From NCBI GenBank assembly GCA_963824865.1, contig CAWGQQ010000002.1, positions 113,188 through 177,187 on the forward strand: 64,000 nucleotides of DNA, given 5' to 3'. The notes below the pieces were generated by a model. It was not told the origin of the DNA and did not search any database. It saw only the letters and a list, made by a program, of their open reading frames with translations. Below are positions 10,401 to 19,769 of the stretch, piece by piece. Each line of letters begins with the position of its first letter. Within the stretch, counting starts at the first letter, position 1. Position numbers and translations under genes: made by a program. This DNA comes from an uncultured Actinomycetes bacterium (GTDB lineage Bacteria; Actinomycetota; Thermoleophilia; Solirubrobacterales; 70-9).

Positions 10401-11549
10401 CCTTCTTCCGTTCTCGCTGGGTGCACGCGCCGGCAGGCGCGGAGGAGCTCGATCCCGCAGGGCTGGCGCCGGGGTTCAGGGCGGCGGGCGTTGCCTGCGG
10501 CCTGAAGCACGGCGGCAGCACCGACCTGGGCCTGCTCGTCTGCGACGCCGAGGTGGTCGGCTCCGCTCTGCTTTTGACCCGCAACGCCGCCGCCGCGGCG
10601 CCGGTGCGGGTCTGCAGGGAGCAATGCGACCGCGGCTCGATCCGGGCAGCGGTGGTCAACTCGGGGAACGCGAACGCGGCGGTCGGCGAGCGTGGCTACC
10701 GCGACGCCCTGGAGATGCGCGGCGCCGCTGCGCAGGCGCTTGGTCTGGATGCCGGCTCGGTGGCGATCGCCGAGACCGGCCCGATCGGGGTTCCGCTGGC
10801 AATGGAATCCGTCCGGCGCGGCGTGGCCGAGGCGGCCGGCGCCCTGTCAGCGCGCGGCGGCGAGGACTTCGCATCGGCGATCATGACGACCGACCGCGGC
10901 CCGAAGCGCTGCACGGTTCGAGCCGACGGCGTCACCGTCTCCGCCCAGGCCAAGGGCGCCGGGATGATCGAGCCGGGCTTCGCGACCATGCTGTGCTTCA
11001 TCCAGACCGACGCTCACCTGCCCGATCCGGACCCGACCCTGCGCGCCGCGGTCGCCGACTCATTCGAGCGGATCACCGTCGACGGGCAGATGAGCACCAA
11101 CGACACGGTGCTGCTCCAGGCGACGGGGTGCATCCGGCCGGCCCCTGCCCGCCGGGCTCCTGGACGCCGTCCTGCTCCAGCTCGCGCTCGAGATCGTGGC
11201 TGACGGGGAAGGAGCGACACGGGTGGGCCGGATCGAGGTCACCGGAGGTGCCTCGCCCGAGGAGGCGGAGCGCGTGGCGCGGGCGATCGCCAACTCGCCG
11301 CTGGTCAAGACCGCCGTCTACGGCCGTGACCCCAACTGGGGTCGAATCGCCCAGGCCGCCGGCATGGCCCTGGTGGGCGTCGAACTGCCGGAGCTCGGCC
11401 CGGACGAGGTCGAGGCCGCCGAGCTCGGCTCGGAAACAACCGAGGCCGAGATCGGGCTCCGCCTCGATCGCGGCGACGGCAAGGCCCGAATCTACTTCTC
11501 CGACCTCACGCCGGACTACGTTGCGCTGAACTCGGAGTACGCGACGTGA
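10397..11549 (+). CDS. argJ: bifunctional ornithine acetyltransferase / N-acetylglutamate synthase, one apparent frameshift near 11121-11130
   Basis: ..VNSGNANA.., KGAGMIEPGFATMLCFIQTDA (autocleavage ATML site), then ..ASGRPLPAGLLDAVLLQLALEIVADGEGATR.. in ORF 11196..11549. GTGA overlap with argC. Confidence 0.9.
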
Positions 11550-12404
11550 GCGAGCGACGCGCGCCCGGCGACAACGTCCGCACGCCTGCTCGAGGCGCTC
11601 CCGTACATCAGGGAGTTCCACGGCCGCACCGTGGTGATCAAGTACGGGGGCGCCGCGATGCGCGACGAGGAACTCCGCGAGGGCTTCGCGACGGACGTGG
11701 TGCTGCTCAAGTACGTCGGCCTGAACCCGGTGATCGTCCACGGCGGGGGGCCGGACATCACCACCTACATGGAGCGGCTGGGAATGGAGGTCCGGTTCGT
11801 CGAGGGGGTGCGCGTCTCCGATCCCGAGACGGTGGAGGTGGCGAAGATGGTCCTGCTCGGCAAGGTCAACTCCGACATCGTCAGCCGGCTCAACCGGCAT
11901 GGGCAGCCCGCGGTGGGGCTATCGGGCGAGGACGGGACGCTGTTCGTGGTCCGCCCGCATCCCAACGCGGACCAGGTCGGCTTCGTCGGCGAGGTGGAGC
12001 GCGTCGACGTCGATGTCCTCAACCACATCGCGGGCGACTACATCCCGGTGATCGCCTCCGCCGGCACCGACCGCGAGGGAAACTCCTACAACGTCAACGC
12101 CGACACGGCCGCAGGCAAGGTCGCCGCGGCTCTGCGCGCCTACAAGGCGATCTTCCTGACCGACGTTCGCGGCTGGCTCGCGGACCCCGGCGACCCCGGC
12201 TCGCTCGTCTCTCGCGCCACCGTCAGCGAGGTGGGTGCCGCGCTCGGTGGGGTCGAGGGTGGCATGGGGCCGAAGCTCGGGGCCTGTATCGAGGCGATCG
12301 GCGGCGGCGTGCAGTCCGCGCACATCATCGACGGCTCCAAGCCCCACTCCCTGCTGCTGGAGCTGTTCACCGATGCGGGGATCGGGACGATGGTGACGCC
12401 ATGA
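11546..12404 (+). CDS. argB: acetylglutamate kinase; N-terminal codons probably disturbed by a frameshift near 11560-11585
   Basis: ..ARLLEALPYIREFHGRTVVIKYGGAAM.., HGGGPDI.., NVNADTAAG... The conserved LLEALPYI segment is in frame with ORF 11631..12404 but has no start codon. A GTG at 11546 (GTGA overlap with argJ) lies in another frame. Confidence 0.88.
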
Positions 12405-13577
12405 CCCTGGTGGAGCTGCAGGCGTTGGAGGAGCGGTATGTGATGCCCACTTATGCGCGGGCGCCGGTCGAGTTCGTGCGCGGGTCGGGGGCGCGGCTCT
12501 GGGACGTCGACGGCAAGGAGTACCTGGACTTCTTCTCCGGGCTCTCGGTCCACAACGCCGGCCACTGCCACCCGCGGATAGTCAGGGCGATCTCGGACCA
12601 GGCGGAGCGGCTGGGCGGCGCCTCCAACCTGTACTACACGGAGCCGGCGATGCGGCTGTGCGAGCGGCTGGCCGACTCGAGCCTCGAGGGAAAGGTCTTC
12701 CTCTGCAATTCGGGCGCGGAGGCGAACGAGTGCGCGATCAAGCTGGTCCGAAAGCACGCGCACGGACGCGGTGTGGCGGCTCCCGAGATCGTGGTCCTCG
12801 ACCACGCCTTCCACGGGCGGACGCTCGGCGCGCTCGCTGCCACGCCCAGGCTCGCTCGTGACGATCTCTTCGGGCCCCTGCCGCCGGGCTTCGCCGGCGT
12901 GCCCCGCGACGAGCCCGGCGCGCTCCGCGCCGCAGTCGGCGAGGACACCGCCGCCGTGATCATCGAGCCAATCCAGGGCGAGGCGGGGGTCTTCCCGATC
13001 GCCGACGAGGTGCTGACTCGCCGCGCGGGAAGCGTGTGACGCAGTGGGAGCGCTGCTCGTCCTCGACGAGGTCCAGTCCGGAATGGGGAGGACCGGATCG
13101 CTCTGGGCTTACGAGCAGGTTCCCGTTCGTCCGGACGTGATCACCGCCGCGAAGGCGCTCGGCGGAGGGCTCCCGGTGGGCGCCTGCGTGACCACGCCCC
13201 AGCTGGGCGGGGTGCTCGAACGCGGTGACCACGGCTCGACCTTCGCAGGCGCGCCGGTCGCGGCCGCGGCGGCACTCGCGGCCCTCGAGGTGATCAACGA
13301 CCCGGCGTTGCTCCGCCGCGTCCGCGAGCTGGGCGCTCGCTTGATGGAGGGACTGGCGGCGCTCGACGGCGTCGCCGAGGTTCGCGGCCGAGGCCTCATG
13401 GTCGGCGTCTCGCTGGCCGAGGGCTTGGACGCCGGCGAGGTCGCAGCGCGCGCTCTCGGCGCCGGCCTCGTCCTCAACGTCCCAGCGCCGGGCATGCTGC
13501 GATTCCTGCCGCCGCTGGTGATCGCCACGGAAGACGTCGAATCCGCGCTCGAAATCCTGCGGGATGTCCTCGCCTGA
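12401..13577 (+). CDS. argD: acetylornithine aminotransferase, one apparent frameshift near 13008-13020
   Basis: MTLVELQALEERYVMPTYARAPVEFVRGSG..NSGAEANE.. then ..LAAREACDAVGALLVLDEVQSGMGRTG..AAKALGGG.. in ORF 13044..13577. ATGA overlap with argB. Confidence 0.9.
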
Positions 13578-13947
13578 GCGACCGCCTCCGCCGCCCGACC
13601 CTCGTCGCGTCCTGGCCGAGGGGGGGCTGACGCCGAAGCCGCCGCCGCCCGACGACGGCCCGTCACGTCGCCCGACGATCGCCCTGATCCTGGTCTCCGC
13701 CCTGGCGCTGGGCCTCGGCGTCGCCGTCGCGGTGATCGTCGCGTCGGGACCTGAGAGGGAGGTCGTCACCCGTTCGACGACCATCACCAGCGTGAAGACG
13801 GTGGAGCCGACCACGACGGTCGTGACCACCGTCCCCACGACCACGACGACGGTCAAGAAGACCGTCAAGACAGAGACGGAAACGACGACCGCCACCGTCA
13901 CTGAGACGGAGCCGACGCCGAACGGGCCGCCCTCCGACAACCGGTGA
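13564..13947 (+). CDS. single-pass membrane protein, Pro-rich N-terminus and Thr/Val-rich ectodomain
   Basis: MSSPERPPPPPDP.., TM segment IALILVSALALGLGVAVAVIVA, then ..TTITSVKTVEPTTTVVTTVPTTTTTVKKTVKTETETTTATVTE... Overlaps the argD 3' end by 14 nt. Confidence 0.6.
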   Translation: MSSPERPPPPPDPRRVLAEGGLTPKPPPPDDGPSRRPTIALILVSALALGLGVAVAVIVASGPEREVVTRSTTITSVKTVEPTTTVVTTVPTTTTTVKKTVKTETETTTATVTETEPTPNGPPSDNR

Positions 13948-14021
13948 GAGACCCGCGCCCGCGAGGTCCGGCCGCGGCGCGGCATACACTCGCCCCAGTG
14001 CACGAGGATCCGACTCGTTAC

Positions 14022-14357
14022 ATGGGCCAGCCTGAGCAAGCCCCCGGCCCGCCGCCAGGCCAGCCCCCCCCGGGAGGCATGAGCCGCGGCATCAAGTGGG
14101 TGATCGCCTTGCTGGTGGCGGTCGTGATCGGCCTCGTCGCCGCGCTCGCCGTGATCGCGGCCGACAGCGGCGACACGACCACGACGACGGTCGCCCCGAC
14201 AACGAGCACGTCGACGGCCCCCACGACCACCACGACGGACCCCACGACGACCACGACGACCACGACGGACCCCACGACGACCACGACGACAGGCACGACC
14301 ACCACCACGACCACCGAAACCGGCACCGGCGGGAGTGGAGGAACGCAGTCGCCTTAA
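14022..14357 (+). CDS. single-pass membrane protein, Pro-rich N-terminus and poly-Thr ectodomain (paralogous architecture to 13564..13947)
   Basis: MGQPEQAPGPPPGQPPPGG.., TM segment WVIALLVAVVIGLVAALAVIAA, then DTTTTTVAPTTSTSTAPTTTTTDPTTTTTTTTDPTTTTTTGTTTTTTTE... The ORF track opens at 13944; ATG 14022 is the more plausible start. Confidence 0.6.
   Translation: MGQPEQAPGPPPGQPPPGGMSRGIKWVIALLVAVVIGLVAALAVIAADSGDTTTTTVAPTTSTSTAPTTTTTDPTTTTTTTTDPTTTTTTGTTTTTTTETGTGGSGGTQSP
14231..14290. repeat. perfect 2 x 30 bp tandem duplication inside a longer ACG/ACC-rich tract (about 14175-14320)
   Basis: cacgacggaccccacgacgaccacgacgac occurs twice back to back (14231-14260 and 14261-14290), encoding TTDPTTTTTT twice. 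Confidence 0.85.
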
Positions 14358-14367
14358 ACGTCAGCGC

Positions 14368-15576
14368 GTGCGGATCCTCGTCCTTACCCAGTATTTCACC
14401 CCGGAGATCACCTCCGCAGCGGTGCGGTTGCACCCGCTCGCGGCGGGACTGGCCGAGCGAGGGCACGACGTAGAGGTCATCTGCGAGGTCCCCAACCATC
14501 CGGGCGGCATCGTCGAGCCCGAGTACCGCGGAAACCTCGTTCAGCGGCGCGCCCTCGACGGCTTCGACGTCTCGTACGTCTGGGTACGGGCACGCCCGTC
14601 GAAGGGCGCCTTGAACCGAATCGCGTCGTACGGGTCCTACGCGCTGATGGCGTCCGCGGTCGGCTCCGTGCGCGCGCGGCCCGACGTGGTGTTCGCGTCC
14701 TCGCCGCCGCTCTCGGTAGGCGCGGCCGCTGCCGTGGCGGCGGCGCGGCACAGAGTGCCGTGGGTCTTCGACGTGCGCGACATATGGCCGGACGTCGCGG
14801 TGACGCTGGGCGAGCTGAGCAATCGGCGCGTGATCGCGCTCACCTCGAGGCTCGAGCGCCGCCTGTATCGCAGCGCAACCCGGATCGTCACGGTCACCGA
14901 GCCGTTCCGCGCCGACATCGCGGCCAGGGTCGCGGATCCTTCAAAGGTCGAGCTGATCCCGAACGGGACCACCCGCGCCTGGCTCGACGCCGGCGCGCAA
15001 GCGATCGACCGCGCTGGTGCGGGCCTGCCGGAAGGGCGCTTCGTGTGGGCGTACGCGGGCAACCTCGGGCTCTCGCACGGTCTCGAAGTGGCGATCGAGG
15101 CGGCGAGGCGCCTCGGCGAGGGATTCCAGCTGCTCGTGATCGGCGATGGTCCCCGGCGCCGGTTTCTGGAGGAGGAGGCCGCCGACCTCGCGCCGGGGAC
15201 CGTTGCCTTCCGGCCGACGATGGATCCGCGCGAGCTGGCCGGGGTCCTGCGGGCGTGCGACGCGCTGCTCGTCAGTCAACGCGCCGACCTCCCCAAGGTC
15301 GTCTCCTCGAAGCTCTTCGACTGCTGCGCGCTCGGCCGTCCCGTGATCTCGGTCGCGGAGGGGGAGATGCAGCGGCTGGTCAGCGATGCGGGCGCTGCGC
15401 TGACGGTACCGGCGGGGGATCCGGGCGCCCTCGCCGCGGCGGTGGAGCGGCTGCGCGATGACGACTCGCTTGGCGCTCGCCTCGCGCATGGGGGCCGGGA
15501 CTTCGCCGCTGCATACCTACGCGAGGACCACGCCGTGCGCCTGGCCCGCCTGCTCGAGTCCGCGGCGGGCAGCTAG
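14368..15576 (+). CDS. GT4-family glycosyltransferase (WbuB-like)
   Basis: VRILVLTQYFTPEITSAAVRLHPLA..L..RGHDVEVI.., C-terminal ..LLVSQ...SSKLFDCCALGRPVI... The ORF track opens at 14335; GTG 14368 gives the usual MRILVL-type start. Confidence 0.85.
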   Translation: MRILVLTQYFTPEITSAAVRLHPLAAGLAERGHDVEVICEVPNHPGGIVEPEYRGNLVQRRALDGFDVSYVWVRARPSKGALNRIASYGSYALMASAVGSVRARPDVVFASSPPLSVGAAAAVAAARHRVPWVFDVRDIWPDVAVTLGELSNRRVIALTSRLERRLYRSATRIVTVTEPFRADIAARVADPSKVELIPNGTTRAWLDAGAQAIDRAGAGLPEGRFVWAYAGNLGLSHGLEVAIEAARRLGEGFQLLVIGDGPRRRFLEEEAADLAPGTVAFRPTMDPRELAGVLRACDALLVSQRADLPKVVSSKLFDCCALGRPVISVAEGEMQRLVSDAGAALTVPAGDPGALAAAVERLRDDDSLGARLAHGGRDFAAAYLREDHAVRLARLLESAAGS

Positions 15577-15626
15577 CCCGGGGCTTGGGGGGCCTTAAAG
15601 GCGGGCTGACGTACCCTCCGACGAGG

Positions 15627-16451
15627 ATGAGGACGAGCGTGCTTGCCTATCACGACGTGATCGGCGTCGGCGCGAACCCCGACACGAGCGGCTTTCGGGG
15701 GCCCGGGCCGGCTCGCTACAAGCTGGACTGGGACCAGTTCAACGCCCACCTGGATGCGATTGCCGCGGCCACCGGCCGCGCTCCCGTCGTGGCCAGCGAC
15801 TTGATCGAGGGCCGGGCGGGGGGCGACTCATGGTCGATTACCTTCGACGACGGGGGGTCGAGTTCGCTCGCGGTCGGCGAGGAGCTCGCGCGCCGGGGCT
15901 GGCGTGGGCACTTCTTCGTGGTCAGCGCGCGCGTCGGGACGCCCGGATTTCTCGACGCCGCGGGCATCCGGGCGCTCACCGGCATGGGGCACGTGATCGG
16001 TACCCACTCGGCCTCGCATCCCGTGCGCATGTCCGCCCTCCCCTGGCAGGAGCTGATCGAGGAATGGACCCGGAGCGTCCGCGAGCTGACCGAGCTCGTG
16101 GGGGAGCCAGTCACGGTCGGCGCGGTGCCCGGCGGCTACTACTCGCGCCAAGTGGCGCGGGCCGCGGCGGCTGGTGGGCTGACCGCGCTCTTCACATCGG
16201 AGCCTGTCCGCGCGGTTCGGGACATCGACGGCTGCGCGGTGATCGGCCGGGCCGCGGTGCACTGCCGGACGCCCGCGGCGCGCTCGGCCGAGCTGGCCGC
16301 TGGGCGGCCGCTCCCCTGGCAGCGAGGACGACTGGCATGGGACGCCCGGAAGCTTGCGAAGTCCGTCGGGGGCGAGGCGTACCTGAAGCTGCGCGCCGCA
16401 GTGCTCGCCCGGCGCCGCCGGTCCACCGCACCGGGCAATTCAATCGAGTGA
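15627..16451 (+). CDS. polysaccharide deacetylase (CE4/NodB-like)
   Basis: VLAYHDV.., ITFDDGGSS.., IGTHSASHP.. motifs. The ORF track opens at a TTG at 15585; ATG 15627 is preferred. Confidence 0.8.
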   Translation: MRTSVLAYHDVIGVGANPDTSGFRGPGPARYKLDWDQFNAHLDAIAAATGRAPVVASDLIEGRAGGDSWSITFDDGGSSSLAVGEELARRGWRGHFFVVSARVGTPGFLDAAGIRALTGMGHVIGTHSASHPVRMSALPWQELIEEWTRSVRELTELVGEPVTVGAVPGGYYSRQVARAAAAGGLTALFTSEPVRAVRDIDGCAVIGRAAVHCRTPAARSAELAAGRPLPWQRGRLAWDARKLAKSVGGEAYLKLRAAVLARRRRSTAPGNSIE

Positions 16452-17432
16452 GCCCCCGGTGCGCAGCCGGGTGAGCATGACGCGGGCGGCCTCCCGCAGC
16501 GCGCCGAGCCCTGGCAGGCGCGACTTGCGGAAGTGGGGCACGGTGAGCTCGCGCGGACCGAACTTGCGCTTGTAGCCGCCGCCGCCGCCGAGGTCAAGGA
16601 CGGTCATCCCGCGGGCACGCCAGTCGCGGATCGCGTGCCAGAAGAGGGCCTCGTTCGGGCGAAGGTTCTGGTGGCTGCGCCAGCTTGCTCCACCCCAGAA
16701 ATACGCCGTGCCGTTCATCGCGGGGAAGATCCCGGTGGCGATGGACTCGCCCTCCGGGCTGACCGCTCGCAGGAGCAACAGACGCCCGGTGGGCTCCAGA
16801 CAGCGGATCAGCTCACGCACCCGGTCGATCCCGTAGGGCGGGCGCAGCTCCTGCTTGGCGAACACGTCCTCGAGCTGCGCGTAGTACTCGGTGGCGAACT
16901 CCTCGCCGCGCGCCTCCTCGACGGTGACGCCGACCTTGACGCCCTTGCGGATCGCCCGCCGGCAGGCGCTCGTCATGCCCGCGAAGATCGCATCCTCGTC
17001 CGGGGTGAGGTCGATCTCGAAGGTCAACCTCGGGGTGTGCTGGAAACCGAGTCCCGTGAGGTCGGCAGCCAAGAGGCGGCGGTCCTTGAGCTCCAGGTGC
17101 ATGCAGCCGAGTGACCGAAACGCGAAGCGGGGGAGCGCTGCGGCGGCCTCGCTACGGCTGACTGCATCCGGCAGGTTGAACCCCATGGAAAGGGTGGTCC
17201 AGCCGGGGAGCGGGCTGCCCAGTATGGGCACCCCGAATCGCCTCAGGGTCATGCCGGTGAAGTATCCGACGCGCTCGGCGCCGTCCGACACCGCCGCGAC
17301 GATCGGCTCGGCGCCCTGGGTGCGGGAGATGAACTCGAGCCACTCTCTGGTCTGAAAGATCACCCTGTCCTGGAACGAGTCCATCTCGTCCCAATCGCAG
17401 CGATCGAGCTCCAAGCGCTCCAAGGTCAGCAT
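16440..17432 (-). CDS. FemAB-like / GNAT-fold (lipid II:aminoacyl transferase-like) protein
   Basis: 330 aa with the two-lobed FemX-like pattern: ..FQTREWLEF.., ..MTSACRRAIRKGVK.GVTVEE.., ..AYFWGGASW..HQNLRPNEALFWHAIRDWRARG..LDLGG... Confidence 0.65.
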   Translation of the reverse strand: MLTLERLELDRCDWDEMDSFQDRVIFQTREWLEFISRTQGAEPIVAAVSDGAERVGYFTGMTLRRFGVPILGSPLPGWTTLSMGFNLPDAVSRSEAAAALPRFAFRSLGCMHLELKDRRLLAADLTGLGFQHTPRLTFEIDLTPDEDAIFAGMTSACRRAIRKGVKVGVTVEEARGEEFATEYYAQLEDVFAKQELRPPYGIDRVRELIRCLEPTGRLLLLRAVSPEGESIATGIFPAMNGTAYFWGGASWRSHQNLRPNEALFWHAIRDWRARGMTVLDLGGGGGYKRKFGPRELTVPHFRKSRLPGLGALREAARVMLTRLRTGGSLD

Positions 17433-17633
17433 TGGTCCCGATGCCGGATCCCGATCATTTCCCCGTGGCCCATTGGGGAAGGAACCATATTGCGCCGCCT
17501 CGGATTACGAACGAATGTTACGCAGGCGGATCGTCACCCTGCCCGACTCTGAGCTCTTCGGGCGCCGGCCGCAACTCTTGAGTTCCTTGGGCGTTCAACC
17601 TGTTAGAAGTACCCAATCTCGATCCCTCTAGGC

Positions 17634-18794
17634 GTGACCTCTCTAACAACAGCGGATGGTTTCGAGCAGGCGATCCATCGAATCGAATGGATCGACGACC
17701 CGGCGCGGTTCGAGGAGCTGCAGGAGCAGTGGGACCGGCTGGCGGCGGGGCAGCCGATGCCATTCGGGCGCCATGCCTGGTTCTGGGCATGGTGGAACGC
17801 CTTCGGTTCAGGGGGTGAGCTCAGCATTTGCGCGGTCTGGCGCGGTGAGCGCCTGGTGGCTGTGCTTCCGCTTTGGCGGCGAGGCGGAGCGCTGCGGGCC
17901 ATGGCGAACGTCCACACCCCGGTCTTCCAGGTGCCGGCATCCGACCACCAGGCTCGCCAAGCGGCGTTCGCGGCGGCCCTCGAGGCGGCGCCGGGAGCGC
18001 TCGAGGTCGAGGCGCTTGCCTCGACGGATTCGGCTCTTCCACTCCTCGCGAGGGGTTCCCGTGACGTTCGGCGCGTGGCGTTGACGGAATCGCTCCATAC
18101 GTCTCCCATCATCGACCTGCACGCCGACTTCAGCGCCTACATGCGACTCCATCCGAGCCGCTTCGGCAAGCTCGCGAAGCTCGGCCGCAGGATGTGGCGC
18201 GACCACGAGCCAGAGGTCGCCCTCCTCGAGGTTCCCAAGGACCTCGACTCGGAGCTCGACCGCGCCTTCGCGCTCGAGGCCGCGGGCTGGAAGGGCACAG
18301 CCGGGACGGCGATCGCCTCGGCCTCAGAGACCACCCGCTTCTACCGCTCGGTGGCCCGCGCCTATCACCGGCTCGGGGAGTTTCGGCTGTCGACGATCGC
18401 TCTCGACGGCGAGTTGGCCGCGTTCGACTTCTGCGTCGTACATTCAAAGCGCCTCTGGACGCTGAAGTGCGCCTACGATGAGCGCTTCAGACGCCTGTCG
18501 CCCGGCCTGGTGCTGCTCCTGTGGGAGGTCGAGCGCTCCTTCGAGCTCGGCCTCGAGGCGGTTGAGCTGCTCGGAGACGTCGAGGAGTACAAGCTGGCCT
18601 TCTCGACCAGCGACCGCCAGCACCTTCGATTTCGGGCCTACCGTCGGCGTCCCGGCTCCATGGCTCGATTCGCGTACCGGCGCTGGGCACGGCCGGCGCT
18701 GAGACACGGCTACCGCCAGCTCTCCAGGCGTCAGGGGCGGCAGGAGACGTCCCCCCGGTCGAGCACCTCGCCTGCCACGGTCACGAACGAATAG
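17634..18794 (+). CDS. CelD/BioF2-like GNAT acyltransferase
   Basis: ..WDRLAAGQPMPFGRHAWFWAWWNAFG.., ..LEAAGWKGTAGTAI.., ..LDGELAAFDFCVVHSKRLWTLKCAYDERFRRLSPG.. resemble the cellulose-biosynthesis CelD-like family. The 3' end overlaps the convergent gene by 64 nt, so the C-terminus is uncertain. Confidence 0.65.
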   Translation: MTSLTTADGFEQAIHRIEWIDDPARFEELQEQWDRLAAGQPMPFGRHAWFWAWWNAFGSGGELSICAVWRGERLVAVLPLWRRGGALRAMANVHTPVFQVPASDHQARQAAFAAALEAAPGALEVEALASTDSALPLLARGSRDVRRVALTESLHTSPIIDLHADFSAYMRLHPSRFGKLAKLGRRMWRDHEPEVALLEVPKDLDSELDRAFALEAAGWKGTAGTAIASASETTRFYRSVARAYHRLGEFRLSTIALDGELAAFDFCVVHSKRLWTLKCAYDERFRRLSPGLVLLLWEVERSFELGLEAVELLGDVEEYKLAFSTSDRQHLRFRAYRRRPGSMARFAYRRWARPALRHGYRQLSRRQGRQETSPRSSTSPATVTNE

Positions 18795-19618
18795 TCCGCA
18801 TGCTGGGGGCGCAACTCGAGGCGCACGGCGCCGTACTGTGAGTCGTTGGAGAACCGCAGCCTGGGGTCGGACTCCTCGACACTGGTGAGCAAAGCTCCGC
18901 CGGCGCCGGAGATCAACTCGGTGATCCCGCCTCGGGGGCGAAACCGCTGCATATTGTGGTCGTGGCCGTTGAGGACGATTCGGGCATGACCCCTGACCGC
19001 GTCCCAGAGAGGGTCGACGTCCCCCTGGTCACCGTGATGGGGGCCCGCGCTGAACCGAGGTCGGTGCCAAAACGCGATGCGACAGTCCCCCCCCGCGGCG
19101 ACTTGGCCACGGAGCCACCGCAGCTGCGGAGATCCCGGCTCGTGGTCGATCTCGGAGTTCAGGCTCAGGACCTGCCACCCGGAGACTCGAAACGCGTAGT
19201 AGGGGGGCGTGGGCGCCCCCAGCGCCTCCTCCCAGTAGGGGTTGTAGCCCTGTTCGGCGAGGGGGCCGTCGTGGTTCCCCGGAGTCGGCGCGGTCAGGGC
19301 TGCGATAGCGCCGTAGGTGGGCTCGTAGTTCCTCTCGAACTCTTCGGCGGTCCCCCGGTCGTAGACGTCGCCCAGGTAGAGGAGGCGATCCGGGTCGGAA
19401 TCGGCGATCTGTTGGGCGACCGCCGCCGCTTTGGGCGTGTCCGTGCCTCCGTCGCCGACCGCCCATACGAGCGCGTCGGGGTCGCCGATCGAGGACACGA
19501 AGCCGCCTGCCTCCGGCGTGGCGGAGTCAGGCGCGTCCTCGAAGCCGACGATCAGGCTGAAGGCCGCCGCCGCCGCGACCACGACCAGACCGAGCACAAG
19601 GAGCGGTTTGACCTTCAA
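18731..19618 (-). CDS. secreted/membrane-anchored calcineurin-like metallophosphoesterase
   Basis: N-terminal hydrophobic anchor KPLLVLGLVVVAAAAAF; motifs VGDGG, LGDVYD, PGNHD, NGHDHNMQR. TTG start. Confidence 0.8.
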   Translation of the reverse strand: MKVKPLLVLGLVVVAAAAAFSLIVGFEDAPDSATPEAGGFVSSIGDPDALVWAVGDGGTDTPKAAAVAQQIADSDPDRLLYLGDVYDRGTAEEFERNYEPTYGAIAALTAPTPGNHDGPLAEQGYNPYWEEALGAPTPPYYAFRVSGWQVLSLNSEIDHEPGSPQLRWLRGQVAAGGDCRIAFWHRPRFSAGPHHGDQGDVDPLWDAVRGHARIVLNGHDHNMQRFRPRGGITELISGAGGALLTSVEESDPRLRFSNDSQYGAVRLELRPQHADYSFVTVAGEVLDRGDVSCRP

Positions 19619-19769
19619 GCGGGGGAGCCCTTTCTGGATCGCTGAGGGGCAAAGCGCGCTCTGCCCGCCTTCGAGTCAATCGTGCCGGGCGAGTATAAAC
19701 CGGCGCTAAGCCGCCACCGAGGACCTTTGGGAGCGGCTGGGCTGGGCTCGAATCGGTGGCCACCAAGAG

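Noticed and set aside
14018-14326. Poly-Val ORFs on the minus strand (for example 14018..14326 and 12960..14039) and the repetitive DNA under them, considered as a possible CRISPR-like or tandem array.
   Set aside because: They are the antisense reading of the ACC/ACG (Thr) codon tract of the poly-Thr genes. There is no repeat-spacer periodicity and no cas genes.
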